Origin: Candidatus Thorarchaeota archaeon
GTDB lineage: Archaea; Asgardarchaeota; Thorarchaeia; Thorarchaeales; Thorarchaeaceae
DNA length: 16,863 nucleotides
Assembly (NCBI GenBank): GCA_011364905.1
Contig: RDNZ01000052.1
Coordinates: 1-16,863 of the forward strand
Direction: 5' to 3'
Shown here one piece after another: positions 1 through 8,563 of the stretch. The notes below the pieces were generated by a model. That model searched no databases, was not told the origin of the DNA, and was given only the letters and a program-made list of their open reading frames with translations. The stretch's first letter is position 1. Every line of letters starts with the position of its first letter. The position numbers and the translations under genes are program-made.

Positions 1-755
1 TACTGAGGCTTGTGAGGGAGGTGACTCAGAAAGCGGAGATACCGTTCAAAGTCTATGATCCCTTCTCCCACAACCTGATGCGAGCCAAGCTGTGGAACTA
101 TATCATGGATATGGACAACCTCAATGAATCCCTTGTGTTCCTGTATGAAATTCCAATCCTCTTCTATGAGTTTGAATCCAGGATCATAGAGCTTGGAAAT
201 ATCAAAACAGATTCTTAGTCCTGTTGGGAGAAGCTGCCGCACTACTTCTCGAATTAACGGTGTCCAGCCAGTGTTTTCAACTGCGATTTTGACATGAGGA
301 GAAGCATGGTCTATCAGTTCTGTCAAAATCTCACGGAGAGTTTCAGCGTAGACATCGATGTGCGTTTCATTGAAATTTCCAAGTTGATTCCGTGCCTTCC
401 GGAATTTCGGAGGAGCGCCTGCATGAATTACTACATTGGTGGGTCCTGTGCTTATCTCTCGAGCAAGGTTGATGGTCTGTTTAAAGTACTGAATGATTCC
501 AGCTCTTATCGGAGGATAGGTCGAGAAGAGACTGACATTGTCGCCAGCTGCATGGAATCCCCACCCGATTGATAGGTTTCGTGACATACCTTGTAGATAT
601 GCACGCTCATCAGTTGTTATTCTCTCTGGCGAAAAAGCAGGGACTCCAATATCTGGTACGATACTGGTCCAATTGTTTTCAGACGCATACTTGACTGCAT
701 CTGTTAGCGAGTCATCATAGATCACATGATAGGCGCGGTTGTTAGGAAATCGCAT
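1..755 (-). CDS. Sugar phosphate isomerase/epimerase family (xylose isomerase-like / AP endonuclease 2 TIM barrel) protein, running off the left edge
   Basis: Manual translation from ATG at 755 is open to position 1: MRFPNNRAYHVIYDDSL...WGFHAAGDNVSLFS...NVVIHAG...KIAVENTGW...ICFDISKLY...VVHIHD...HQVVGEGIIDF. The VIHAG, AVEN, CFD, HIHD and H..G.G.IDF motifs are typical of this family. It is absent from the ORF track because no stop is seen in the window. Confidence 0.85.
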   Translation of the reverse strand, partial: MRFPNNRAYHVIYDDSLTDAVKYASENNWTSIVPDIGVPAFSPERITTDERAYLQGMSRNLSIGWGFHAAGDNVSLFSTYPPIRAGIIQYFKQTINLAREISTGPTNVVIHAGAPPKFRKARNQLGNFNETHIDVYAETLREILTELIDHASPHVKIAVENTGWTPLIREVVRQLLPTGLRICFDISKLYDPGFKLIEEDWNFIQEHKGFIEVVHIHDIVPQLGSHQVVGEGIIDFERYLRFLSHLPHKPQ

Positions 756-802
756 AGAACTTGGATGCGGTTAATGACTTATGAGCTTGACGAGAAGCCG
801 GT

Positions 803-2204
803 TCAGAGCTCTCCATAGGGCTTTCGTTTTAGAAACCTGCCTCGACCCACTTCGCCTACGAATTTGCCGTTTTCAGCTACAACCTTTCCTCTTGAGATTG
901 TAGTAACAGGGTATCCTTCAAGTTTCCAATCTTCAAATGGATTCCAGTCACAATTGGTTTGCAGGTTCTCGGCTTTTATTGTAACTTTCTTCTTAGGATC
1001 AAAGACAACCAGATCTGCATCGCTGCCAATAGCTATTGTTCCCTTCTCGGGATACATTCCGAAGAGCTTTGCGGGATTGGTGCTGACAAGAGACACGAGA
1101 TGATTCACTGAGAATCCATGTTTTCCAACACCCTCAGTAAACATGAGTGGCACCATAGTTTCTACTCCAGGAAGCCCGAATGGTATTTTTCTGAAATCGC
1201 CATTCCAGGCAGCTTTCTGTTTTGTGTTGATTTGTGTTGAAAGTGCAGGTGTCAGTTGCTACTACCTGAACATCACCATTTGCTAAACCCTTCCAAAGGC
1301 GTTCACTATCATGTGGTTTCTTAATCTGCGGGCATGTAGCATACAAGTGCCCATTCTCTCCTTTGAACACCTCATCATTAAGAAGCAAGTATTGTGGACA
1401 AGTTTCAGCGAAAACTCTCACTCCCTTCTTTCTTGCAGCATTAACAGCATCTGCACCCTCGCCTGTCGACATGTGGACTATGTACAGTTTACCTCCAGTG
1501 GCCTCCGCCCATTTGATTGCCCTGATAATTGCCTCCTCCTCTGTATAGCACGGTCTCGAAAGAGTATGAGCATATGCGCCCCACTTCTCCTTCTCTTTTG
1601 CATACCTCTCGATTAACATGTCCAAGACATCAACACTCTCTGCATGGACCCCGATGTGACCACCAAACTTGGAGGTTTCTTCCAGGGCACTAAAGAGCAT
1701 GCCATCATCAGCCATCCATCCCTCATTCTTGTAAATCATAAACATCTTGAAAGTGGGAATTCCGTAGTCGATGACTTTCTTGATTTCAGCCTTGGTCTGA
1801 GGGTTCCAGTCAGTGATAGCCGCATGCAAACCATAGTCAATGCATACTTTGGGATCAGCCTCAGCTCTACGCGCTTCCACAGCCTCCATTATTGAATGCC
1901 CTTTCGTTTGGATGGCAAAGTCAAGTATTGTAGTGACTCCGCCACATGCTGCGGCTTTCGTACCATTCTCAAAATCATCGGCAGAAACTGTTCCTGAGAA
2001 TGGAAGCTGAAAGTGGACATGAACATCGATGCCTCCAGGAAATACGTATTTTCCGTTTGCATCAATCACCTGCGTGCCAGGTCCTGAGCTAATTTCAGAT
2101 CCAAGAGTTATGATTTTTCCATCTTTGACACCAACATCTGCTTTGAAGGTGTCAGATGAAGTAACGACAGTTCCGTTTTTGACAATAAGGTCTGGTGTGG
2201 ACAT
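803..2204 (-). pseudogene. hydA: Dihydropyrimidinase (cyclic amidohydrolase), split by a frameshift from a 10-bp tandem duplication at 1221-1240 (real lesion or assembly error)
   Basis: ORF 1134-2204 has the amidohydrolase ligands PGGIDVHVH, FK, VHAE, IVHMS and ATD. ORF 803-1156 has the C-terminal NPAKLFG.YP.KGTIAIGSDADLVVFDP motif. Removing one TTTGTGTTGA copy joins them as ...TCTFNTKQKAAWNGDFRKIPFGLPGVETMVPLMF..., 463 aa. Confidence 0.92.
1221..1240. repeat. Exact 10-bp tandem duplication (TTTGTGTTGA)x2
   Basis: Read directly at 1221-1230 and 1231-1240. It coincides with the frameshift point. Confidence 0.97.
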
Positions 2205-2220
2205 GGGAAGGCCTCAGAAG

Positions 2221-2244
2221 ATTAATGCAAAAGCAAGCATAAAT
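2221..2244. promoter_or_regulatory. AT-rich imperfect inverted repeat in the divergent hydA/ureidopropionase intergenic region (possible back-to-back TATA boxes or operator)
   Basis: ATTAATGC-N8-GCATAAAT, with 7 of 8 positions complementary, between divergent genes. Confidence 0.35.
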
Positions 2245-2311
2245 TGTTTGGGAAATGCCTATTAGACAAGAGAATATCAGTTCAATCCCTCTAGTAAGTG
2301 GAGTGATAACA

Positions 2312-3178
2312 TTGAGAAAGGTCCGTATAGGTCTAGTTCAAGCAACATGGGAAGGCGATGTGTCCGACGATGCCTCCATAGAGAAGAACATTGAGAAGAT
2401 GGTCCGAAAACATGAAGGATTCGCAACCATTGCGAGACAACAAGAAGTCCAGATTCTCTGTTTCCAAGAGTTGTTCTATGGACCTTACTTCTGCGCTGAG
2501 CAGGATCGCAGATGGTACAAATATGCTCAACCAATCCCCGGTCCTCTGACCAAGCGCATGCAGAAACTCGCAGAAGAACATCATCTCGTACTCATTGTAC
2601 CTATGTACGAGGAGGAGTCGGTTGGTGTTTATTACAATACAGCAGTCATTTTCGATTCTGATGGAACTCAACTAGGCAAGTTCAGAAAGATGCACATTCC
2701 ACATCTGGATCCTGGCTTTTGGGAGAAGTTCTATTTCCGACCGGGAAATCTTGGATATCCTGTGTTCAACACCTCAGTGGCTAAGGTCGGCATCTACATA
2801 TGCTATGACCGCCATTTTCCAGAAGGAGCTCGTGCACTTGGACTAAATGGAGCAGAGATAGTATTCAACCCATCAGCTACGGTTGCGGGTCTCTCCGAAC
2901 ACCTGTGGAGTATTGAGCAACCTGCACACGCCGTAGCAAATGGATATTTCATGGCTGCAATAAACCGCGTTGGAGAAGAGCCATGGAAAACTGGGATGTT
3001 CTATGGAAGCTCCTACATTGTAGACCCACGAGGCCAGTTAATCGTCCAAGGTTCGAGAGATAAGGAAGAACTTATCGTAGGTGATGTTGATCTCGATATG
3101 ATTCGAGAAGTCCGGAATGTTTGGCAGTTCTATCGAGACCGTAGACCGGACACTTACGAGGATCTCGTAAGGAAATGA
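2312..3178 (+). CDS. Nitrilase-superfamily beta-ureidopropionase (N-carbamoyl-beta-alanine amidohydrolase)
   Basis: Glu-Lys-Cys triad motifs CFQELFYGPYFC, FRKMHIP and ICYDRHFPEG, and C-terminal WQFYRDRRP. Context is the pyrimidine degradation genes. Likely start is TTG at 2312, preceded by SD-like GGAGTGA (2300-2306). The ORF track starts at 2255. Confidence 0.88.
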   Translation: MRKVRIGLVQATWEGDVSDDASIEKNIEKMVRKHEGFATIARQQEVQILCFQELFYGPYFCAEQDRRWYKYAQPIPGPLTKRMQKLAEEHHLVLIVPMYEEESVGVYYNTAVIFDSDGTQLGKFRKMHIPHLDPGFWEKFYFRPGNLGYPVFNTSVAKVGIYICYDRHFPEGARALGLNGAEIVFNPSATVAGLSEHLWSIEQPAHAVANGYFMAAINRVGEEPWKTGMFYGSSYIVDPRGQLIVQGSRDKEELIVGDVDLDMIREVRNVWQFYRDRRPDTYEDLVRK

Positions 3179-3185
3179 TTGCGAC

Positions 3186-4535
3186 TTAGAGGCTCTTTTC
3201 AGCTTTGGAGAAAGCTCCATCGAGAATGGTATATGCTTGGTCAATCTGTGCATCAGTGAGCTCCAGTGGAGGCTGAAGCCGTATCACATTGTTATCGAGA
3301 CCACCTTTGCCAATGAGGAGCCCTTCTTCTCTACAGAGCTCCATGACTGTGAGTATTTCCTGATTTGCTGGTTCCTTTGTCGCCCGATCCCGAACAAGTT
3401 CAATTCCAAGCATCATCCCTTGACCACGAACATCTCCAATGATCTTGTGACTTTCTTTGAGTTCGTCCACTCTTTTCTTAAGATGAGCACCGAGCTTTGC
3501 AGCCTTTTCCAAATAATTCTCTTCCTTGATTATTTCAATCACAGCCACTGCGGCAGCGCAAGACAGTGGATTACCTCCGAAAGTCGCGAATGAATCAGTC
3601 ACAGTGTATCCTTCAGCGACCTCCGGACGAGAAATGAACCCACCAATAGGAATCCCACTACCGAATCCCTTTGCCATGGTGATGATATCAGGATCCACAC
3701 CTGTATGTTGAATCCCCCACCATTTGCCTCCAGTCCGACCAAACCCTGTCTGAACCTCATCAGATATGTAGATACCATCATACTCCTTCACAATTTCATG
3801 TACTATCTGGAAGTATTCTGGAGGGGGTTGAACAATACCACCGACTCCTTGGATGGGCTCAGCTATGAATGCTGCTATTGCATTATTGGTTTGGGTTCGT
3901 ATCACTTCTCGGACATAGTGTGCACACTCCATATTGCACCCGGGATGCTCCTTGCCAAATGGACATCGATAACAGTAACCATAAGGTGTGAATCTGACTC
4001 CAGGAGGATGCGCTTCTGGAAATGTCCGCCATCCTGCACTTGACAACTCTCGGGCAAGTGTAGTCCGACCATGATAGCCTCGTTGACATACTATAATGTA
4101 TGGATTCTTTGTAAACTTACGAGACATTGTGAGTGCAGCTTCATTGGCCTCGGACCCACTATTGACAATGAAGGATCGAGTCAGTCCCTCGGGAGCAATT
4201 TCAGCTAGGGACTTGACCAAAACAGCGTACGGAATTGTGGAATAAAGCGAACTAGTATATACAAGTCGCTCAGCTTGCCATTGGAGGGTGGATACATACT
4301 TTGGATGATTGTAGCCCGTGATTGTCGTGCATATTCCAGCAAACAGGTCAATGTATTCTTTCCCCGAATAGTCCTTCAGAACTGCACCATCACCATCTAC
4401 AAAGAGAACAGGGTTCTCGTAATAATGACCCACGGCTGGGGCGAGATACTTTTTCTCAATCTCTAGAATCTCTTTCTGAGAATACTTCTTGGTAAGTTCC
4501 TTTGGTACGAGTTCTTCATTCACTACAAACACCAC
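3186..4535 (-). CDS. Class III PLP aminotransferase, probable beta-alanine/beta-aminoisobutyrate aminotransferase (AGXT2/PydD-like)
   Basis: Motifs YIDLFAGI, NSGSEANE, YHGRT, AEPIQGVGG, SDEVQTGFGRTG, MAKG (PLP lysine) and TFGGNP. Substrate is inferred from context. Start is GTG at 4535 or 4523. Confidence 0.85.
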   Translation of the reverse strand: MVFVVNEELVPKELTKKYSQKEILEIEKKYLAPAVGHYYENPVLFVDGDGAVLKDYSGKEYIDLFAGICTTITGYNHPKYVSTLQWQAERLVYTSSLYSTIPYAVLVKSLAEIAPEGLTRSFIVNSGSEANEAALTMSRKFTKNPYIIVCQRGYHGRTTLARELSSAGWRTFPEAHPPGVRFTPYGYCYRCPFGKEHPGCNMECAHYVREVIRTQTNNAIAAFIAEPIQGVGGIVQPPPEYFQIVHEIVKEYDGIYISDEVQTGFGRTGGKWWGIQHTGVDPDIITMAKGFGSGIPIGGFISRPEVAEGYTVTDSFATFGGNPLSCAAAVAVIEIIKEENYLEKAAKLGAHLKKRVDELKESHKIIGDVRGQGMMLGIELVRDRATKEPANQEILTVMELCREEGLLIGKGGLDNNVIRLQPPLELTDAQIDQAYTILDGAFSKAEKSL

Positions 4536-4568
4536 TTTTGGATTCGCAACACTGACAAAAGAAACACT

Positions 4569-4588
4569 TCCCTAAAGGCCTTTAGGGA
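4569..4588. promoter_or_regulatory. Perfect 20-bp palindrome TCCCTAAAGGCCTTTAGGGA, candidate operator between divergent aminotransferase and preA
   Basis: The sequence equals its own reverse complement over 20 bp and sits centrally in the ~92-bp divergent intergenic region. The palindrome is certain, but its function is inferred. Confidence 0.6.
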
Positions 4589-4627
4589 CGTAGTATTACA
4601 ATCAAAAAGCTGGAGATTGATGAAATC

Positions 4628-5842
4628 ATGTCTTCAAATCCCTTAGAGATTGATTTTGCTGGTATTACTTTCAAGAATCCTTTCATATTGTCTTCTGCAC
4701 CACCCACAATGGACCCGCGCCATATTCTTCGTGCTGCTCGGCTTGGATGGGGTGGAGCAGTGATGAAGACTATCACTCATGAACCTACAGTTGATCCCAG
4801 GACCCGCCTTGGTGCCCTTCGTAGGGAGGGAAATACGATTGGGATGAACAATATCGAACTACTTTCACGCAAGCCTTTGAAGACTTGGACGAATGAGTGG
4901 ATACCTGAGATAAAGAGAGAGGCTCCAGAGGACTTCATCTTCATTGCCAGCATGATGAGTGGTCCTGAGCCAGAGGGGTGGACTGAACTTGCCGAAACTA
5001 TGTCTCGGACCGGTGCAGATGCAATTGAATTGAATGTTTCGTGCCCACACGGGTCTCCAGAGAAACACATGGGCGCATTCATTGGTCAAGACCCAGGATT
5101 AGTCGAACAAGTCACAAGAGCAGCGAAGAAGGGAACCGACCTTCCGATTCTGGTGAAACTGACACCAAATGTGACAGATATCGTACCAATTGCCAAGGCG
5201 GCTGTAAAAGGAGGAGCTGACGCTCTTTCTGCAATTAATACAGTGGAGTCGCTAATTGGAATAGACATTGAAACTGCGACTCCAATGCCTATTGCATATG
5301 GTGTGGATAAGAAAGAACAATTGAGTACGTACGGAGGATTCTGCGGACCAGCAGTGAAACCTATCGGTCTTCGCTTTGTGTCACAGATAGCCAAGGCAAT
5401 CCCTGATATTCCAATATCAGGCATAGGTGGTATTGGGGACTGGACCAGCGCAATAGAGTATCTCATGGTGGGAGCCAGAACTATACAGATCTGTACGGCT
5501 GTTATGTGGCATGGTTACTCCATCATCAAGGACTTAACCGCGGGACTGATTGAATTCATGAATAGGAAGAGGTACACTACGCTGGAGTCGATGATTGGAA
5601 AAGCGCTACCAAAGATTACGACCTGGACCGCTCTTAGCAAGCTGCCCCCAGTTGTGGCTCGTGTGATTGAAGATAGGTGTACAGGATGCAAAGACTGTGT
5701 CATAGCATGCGCTGATGGAGGCTATGTAGCAATTCAAATGAAGGAAAAGATAGCAGCCATCAATCAGGAGAAGTGCGATGGATGCGGTCTTTGTTATGTT
5801 GTGTGCAGAGATAATGCAATTGAATTCGTCCACACTAACTGA
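4628..5842 (+). CDS. preA: Dihydropyrimidine dehydrogenase FMN subunit (PreA-like) with C-terminal 2x[4Fe-4S] ferredoxin domain
   Basis: Motifs NPFILSSAPPT, GWGGAVMKT, GMNNIELLS, ELNVSCPHG (catalytic Cys), KLTPN, GGFCGPAVKPIGL and ISGIGGI, plus C-terminal CTGCKDCVIAC and CDGCGLCYVVC. Confidence 0.93.
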   Translation: MSSNPLEIDFAGITFKNPFILSSAPPTMDPRHILRAARLGWGGAVMKTITHEPTVDPRTRLGALRREGNTIGMNNIELLSRKPLKTWTNEWIPEIKREAPEDFIFIASMMSGPEPEGWTELAETMSRTGADAIELNVSCPHGSPEKHMGAFIGQDPGLVEQVTRAAKKGTDLPILVKLTPNVTDIVPIAKAAVKGGADALSAINTVESLIGIDIETATPMPIAYGVDKKEQLSTYGGFCGPAVKPIGLRFVSQIAKAIPDIPISGIGGIGDWTSAIEYLMVGARTIQICTAVMWHGYSIIKDLTAGLIEFMNRKRYTTLESMIGKALPKITTWTALSKLPPVVARVIEDRCTGCKDCVIACADGGYVAIQMKEKIAAINQEKCDGCGLCYVVCRDNAIEFVHTN

Positions 5843-5878
5843 ATGTACACAAGAATAAAATAGGTATCATAGAGACTG

Positions 5879-7360
5879 ATGAGTTCCGAACTGGAAGTGA
5901 CCATCTTGACAGTAGAGGTTATGAAGAATTATATCAATGGCAAGTGGGTAGAATCGAAAGCGACAGAAACACGAGATGTTTTCAATCCTGCAACTGGCGA
6001 ACTGATAGCCAAGACACCAATGAGTACCAGAGAAGAGGCCCTTGAGGCTGTGAAAGCAGCAAAAGCAGCATATAATCGATGGCGAGAAACACCAGTCTTC
6101 ACAAGAGTCAGACATCTAAATCGAATACGAGATGCATTTGAGGAGAATTTCGAGGAACTTTCCAAGATTCTGACGACCGAACAGGGTAAAGCCATTGACG
6201 AGGCAAGAGGCGAATATCGACGTACAATTGAGAATTTAGAGTGCGCAACAAGTATTCCCTCTCTACAAATGGGGTATAACACCGAAGATATAGCCGCAGG
6301 AATAGACGAGATGGTCATTAAGCAGCCGCTTGGAGTTTTCTTCTGCGTGGCACCTTTTAACTTCCCAGGCATGGTCCCAACTTGGTTCTGGCCATTTGCG
6401 ATTGGGGTTGGTAATACCTACATCGTGAAACCCTCAGAACAGGTGCCCATGAGTCAGGTGAGGCAGTTTGAGATTATACACGAACTGGGATTGCCAAGAG
6501 GTGTGCTCAACATGGTCCATGGTGGGGCTGAAGCGGTCACTGCGCTTATAGAAAGCCCAGATACGGCGGGTATGTCGTTCGTTGGTTCCTCTCCAGTTGG
6601 AAAACTCCTGTACAAGAAAGCAGGAGAGTATGGAAAACGCGCCCAGGTTCAGGGAGGCGCCAAAAACTTTCTTACAATAATGCCTGATGCCGATTTGGAC
6701 CGATCAATTCCTGCGATTATCACATCATTCTATGGCTGCGCGGGTCAGCGGTGTTTAGCAGGAGGTGTCCTTCTGGCTGTTGGTGATATCTATGAACCAC
6801 TCAAGAAAGCAGTCGTGGAAGCAGCCAAGAAATACAGTGTTGGCAATGGCTTAGAGGAAGGTGTCCAGATGGGACCATTGGCGTCCAAGGCCGGAATGGA
6901 GAAAGTCCTCAGGTACATTGAGAGGGGACTGGAAGAAGGTGCGCAGTTGATTTTAGATGGACGCGGAATCGAGGTGAAGGGACATCCGGACGGATATTTC
7001 ATTGGACCAACAATCTTCGACAAGGTCACACCAGAGATGGCAATCGCTAAGGAGGAGATTTTTGGACCTGTTATCCCAATCATCCACGCGAAGGATCTCA
7101 ATGAAGCGATTGATATTATTCATGCTGTTCCCTATGGCAATGCATCATCTGTTTTTACTTCAAGTGGAAGCATAGCTAGGGAGTACCAATACAGAGTCAA
7201 AGCCGGAAATATAGGTATCAATATTGGCGTTGCCGCACCAATAGCAACATTTCCGTTCTCGGGGATGAAAGACTCATTCTTTGGAGACCTTCACGGGCAA
7301 GGTAAGGATGCGGTGGATTTCTTCACTGAGAACAAAGTGGTCATAACGCGTTGGTTCTAA
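5879..7360 (+). CDS. mmsA: CoA-acylating (methyl)malonate-semialdehyde dehydrogenase
   Basis: ALDH motifs PFNFP, KPSEQVP, SFVGSS, GGAKN (MMSDH-type), AGQRCLA (catalytic Cys), EEIFGPV, FPFSGMKDSFFGDLHGQG and terminal VITRWF. The true start may be TTG 5906 or ATG 5921. Confidence 0.93.
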   Translation: MSSELEVTILTVEVMKNYINGKWVESKATETRDVFNPATGELIAKTPMSTREEALEAVKAAKAAYNRWRETPVFTRVRHLNRIRDAFEENFEELSKILTTEQGKAIDEARGEYRRTIENLECATSIPSLQMGYNTEDIAAGIDEMVIKQPLGVFFCVAPFNFPGMVPTWFWPFAIGVGNTYIVKPSEQVPMSQVRQFEIIHELGLPRGVLNMVHGGAEAVTALIESPDTAGMSFVGSSPVGKLLYKKAGEYGKRAQVQGGAKNFLTIMPDADLDRSIPAIITSFYGCAGQRCLAGGVLLAVGDIYEPLKKAVVEAAKKYSVGNGLEEGVQMGPLASKAGMEKVLRYIERGLEEGAQLILDGRGIEVKGHPDGYFIGPTIFDKVTPEMAIAKEEIFGPVIPIIHAKDLNEAIDIIHAVPYGNASSVFTSSGSIAREYQYRVKAGNIGINIGVAAPIATFPFSGMKDSFFGDLHGQGKDAVDFFTENKVVITRWF

Positions 7361-7380
7361 CTAGGATGTGCATAATCAGG

Positions 7381-7806
7381 ATGGAACTTGGAACATTTGG
7401 AGCAATAATGAAATTTGCCCTTGATGTTGAAACAGAGGTGACTAGGTTCTACGAGTCTGTTCAAGGTTTGGCTAAAGACGAAGACTTAGCAGGAGTCTTT
7501 GGTAGTCTGGCTTCGCGGGGAGAGAAACGACTCAAGACCATAGAAAGAATCAGGAGAGAGAACGTGACTGAGATGATTCTCGAACCAATTGTCGGACTGG
7601 ATTCAGACGCGTACCGGCCCACTATATCAGTACCGGATGATGTTGACGATAGTAAACTGACTAATATTGCTAGAGGGATTGAGAAGAAGCTAAACGCGTT
7701 CTATAATGATGCGGCTACCAAACTTGAGTTCCTTAGTGAGGTGGCGTACTCATTTGAGATTCTTGCGGAAGCAAATGACAATGCCAATCAACGGTTTGCT
7801 TCCTAG
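7381..7806 (+). CDS. Ferritin-like / rubrerythrin-like four-helix protein
   Basis: Two repeated helix-pair units (FALDVETEVTRFYES... and ARGIEKKLNAFYND...) match the rubrerythrin A..E....FY pattern. It starts 20 bp after mmsA. Confidence 0.6.
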   Translation: MELGTFGAIMKFALDVETEVTRFYESVQGLAKDEDLAGVFGSLASRGEKRLKTIERIRRENVTEMILEPIVGLDSDAYRPTISVPDDVDDSKLTNIARGIEKKLNAFYNDAATKLEFLSEVAYSFEILAEANDNANQRFAS

Positions 7807-7854
7807 TAGCTCATTTATGACTATCAACAAATTACTATGACCGCTTTCTATTGA

Positions 7855-8148
7855 CTACTTTGGAGTTAGTTTTGTTGATTTGAAATCAGTCCGGATCTCA
7901 TTTAGTTGCGATGTCAAACGCAGGTATTGTTCATCGCTATGCAGAGTTCGAGTCTTATGCTGATAGTCGTCCTCACTCTCATACTTGGCCATGTAGAAAC
8001 TCTCGTTGGGATGGTCCACGCCTTTCCAATAACCTATTACATCGATACCATGTTTCTCATAGATTGACTTGAATTTCTCCCTGATTTCATCCATGGTATT
8101 AACAGCATCCGGTTTCACAGTAGTTTGATACAGCATAACTAATGTCAT
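7855..8148 (-). CDS. NIPSNAP-family (dimeric alpha-beta barrel) protein
   Basis: About 97 aa with Y..KP, KHGIDVIGYW, FYMAKYES and terminal LTP, the typical NIPSNAP pattern. Confidence 0.7.
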   Translation of the reverse strand: MTLVMLYQTTVKPDAVNTMDEIREKFKSIYEKHGIDVIGYWKGVDHPNESFYMAKYESEDDYQHKTRTLHSDEQYLRLTSQLNEIRTDFKSTKLTPK

Positions 8149-8226
8149 GGTTCCCACAATAAACAATTGTTAATCAATTACTAATTAACTTGTGGGAAGG
8201 ACCAGTGAGATAGTCCCATGAAAGAT

Positions 8227-8409
8227 TCATGTTTGCTGTTTAGATAATGTATTTCCCAAATGAAAAATGGAAACTGCAATGGCTGAAAGTCCAAATGCAA
8301 TAACAAGAGGGAGCGCATTTTGGGTCTGTGGAGCGATGGATACGACTCCAATAGTTATTGTTAGAGCTACTAGGATAATTACACATTCTTCGCTCTGTGA
8401 TATGTCCAT
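8227..8409 (-). CDS. Small hypothetical membrane protein (2 TM)
   Basis: 60-aa ORF from ATG 8409 with two hydrophobic segments. Confidence 0.5.
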   Translation of the reverse strand: MDISQSEECVIILVALTITIGVVSIAPQTQNALPLVIAFGLSAIAVSIFHLGNTLSKQQT

Positions 8410-8563
8410 ACTATATCCTGATTTTTTCTGTTCCAACAAACTCCACCACACTTATAGCCATTACACCAACTAATCAATTTTCCTTCAGTTTATCACGAGG
8501 GGGTATACATTGAAATGTATCATGTATTCATCAATTGACAGAGTCCACGGGTAGGAAACCAAG

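Noticed and set aside
12-720. Plus-strand ORFs 12-218, 294-572 and 538-720
   Set aside because: They are antisense shadows of the minus-strand TIM-barrel gene and have no motifs.
803-1156. 117-aa ORF as an independent gene, or programmed frameshifting of hydA
   Set aside because: It is the C-terminus of dihydropyrimidinase. The exact 10-bp duplication fully explains the frame change, so recoding need not be invoked.
4628-5870. Selenocysteine readthrough of TGA in redox genes such as preA
   Set aside because: All Fe-S and catalytic positions are ordinary Cys, the TGA falls at the expected C-terminus, and no SECIS was recognised.
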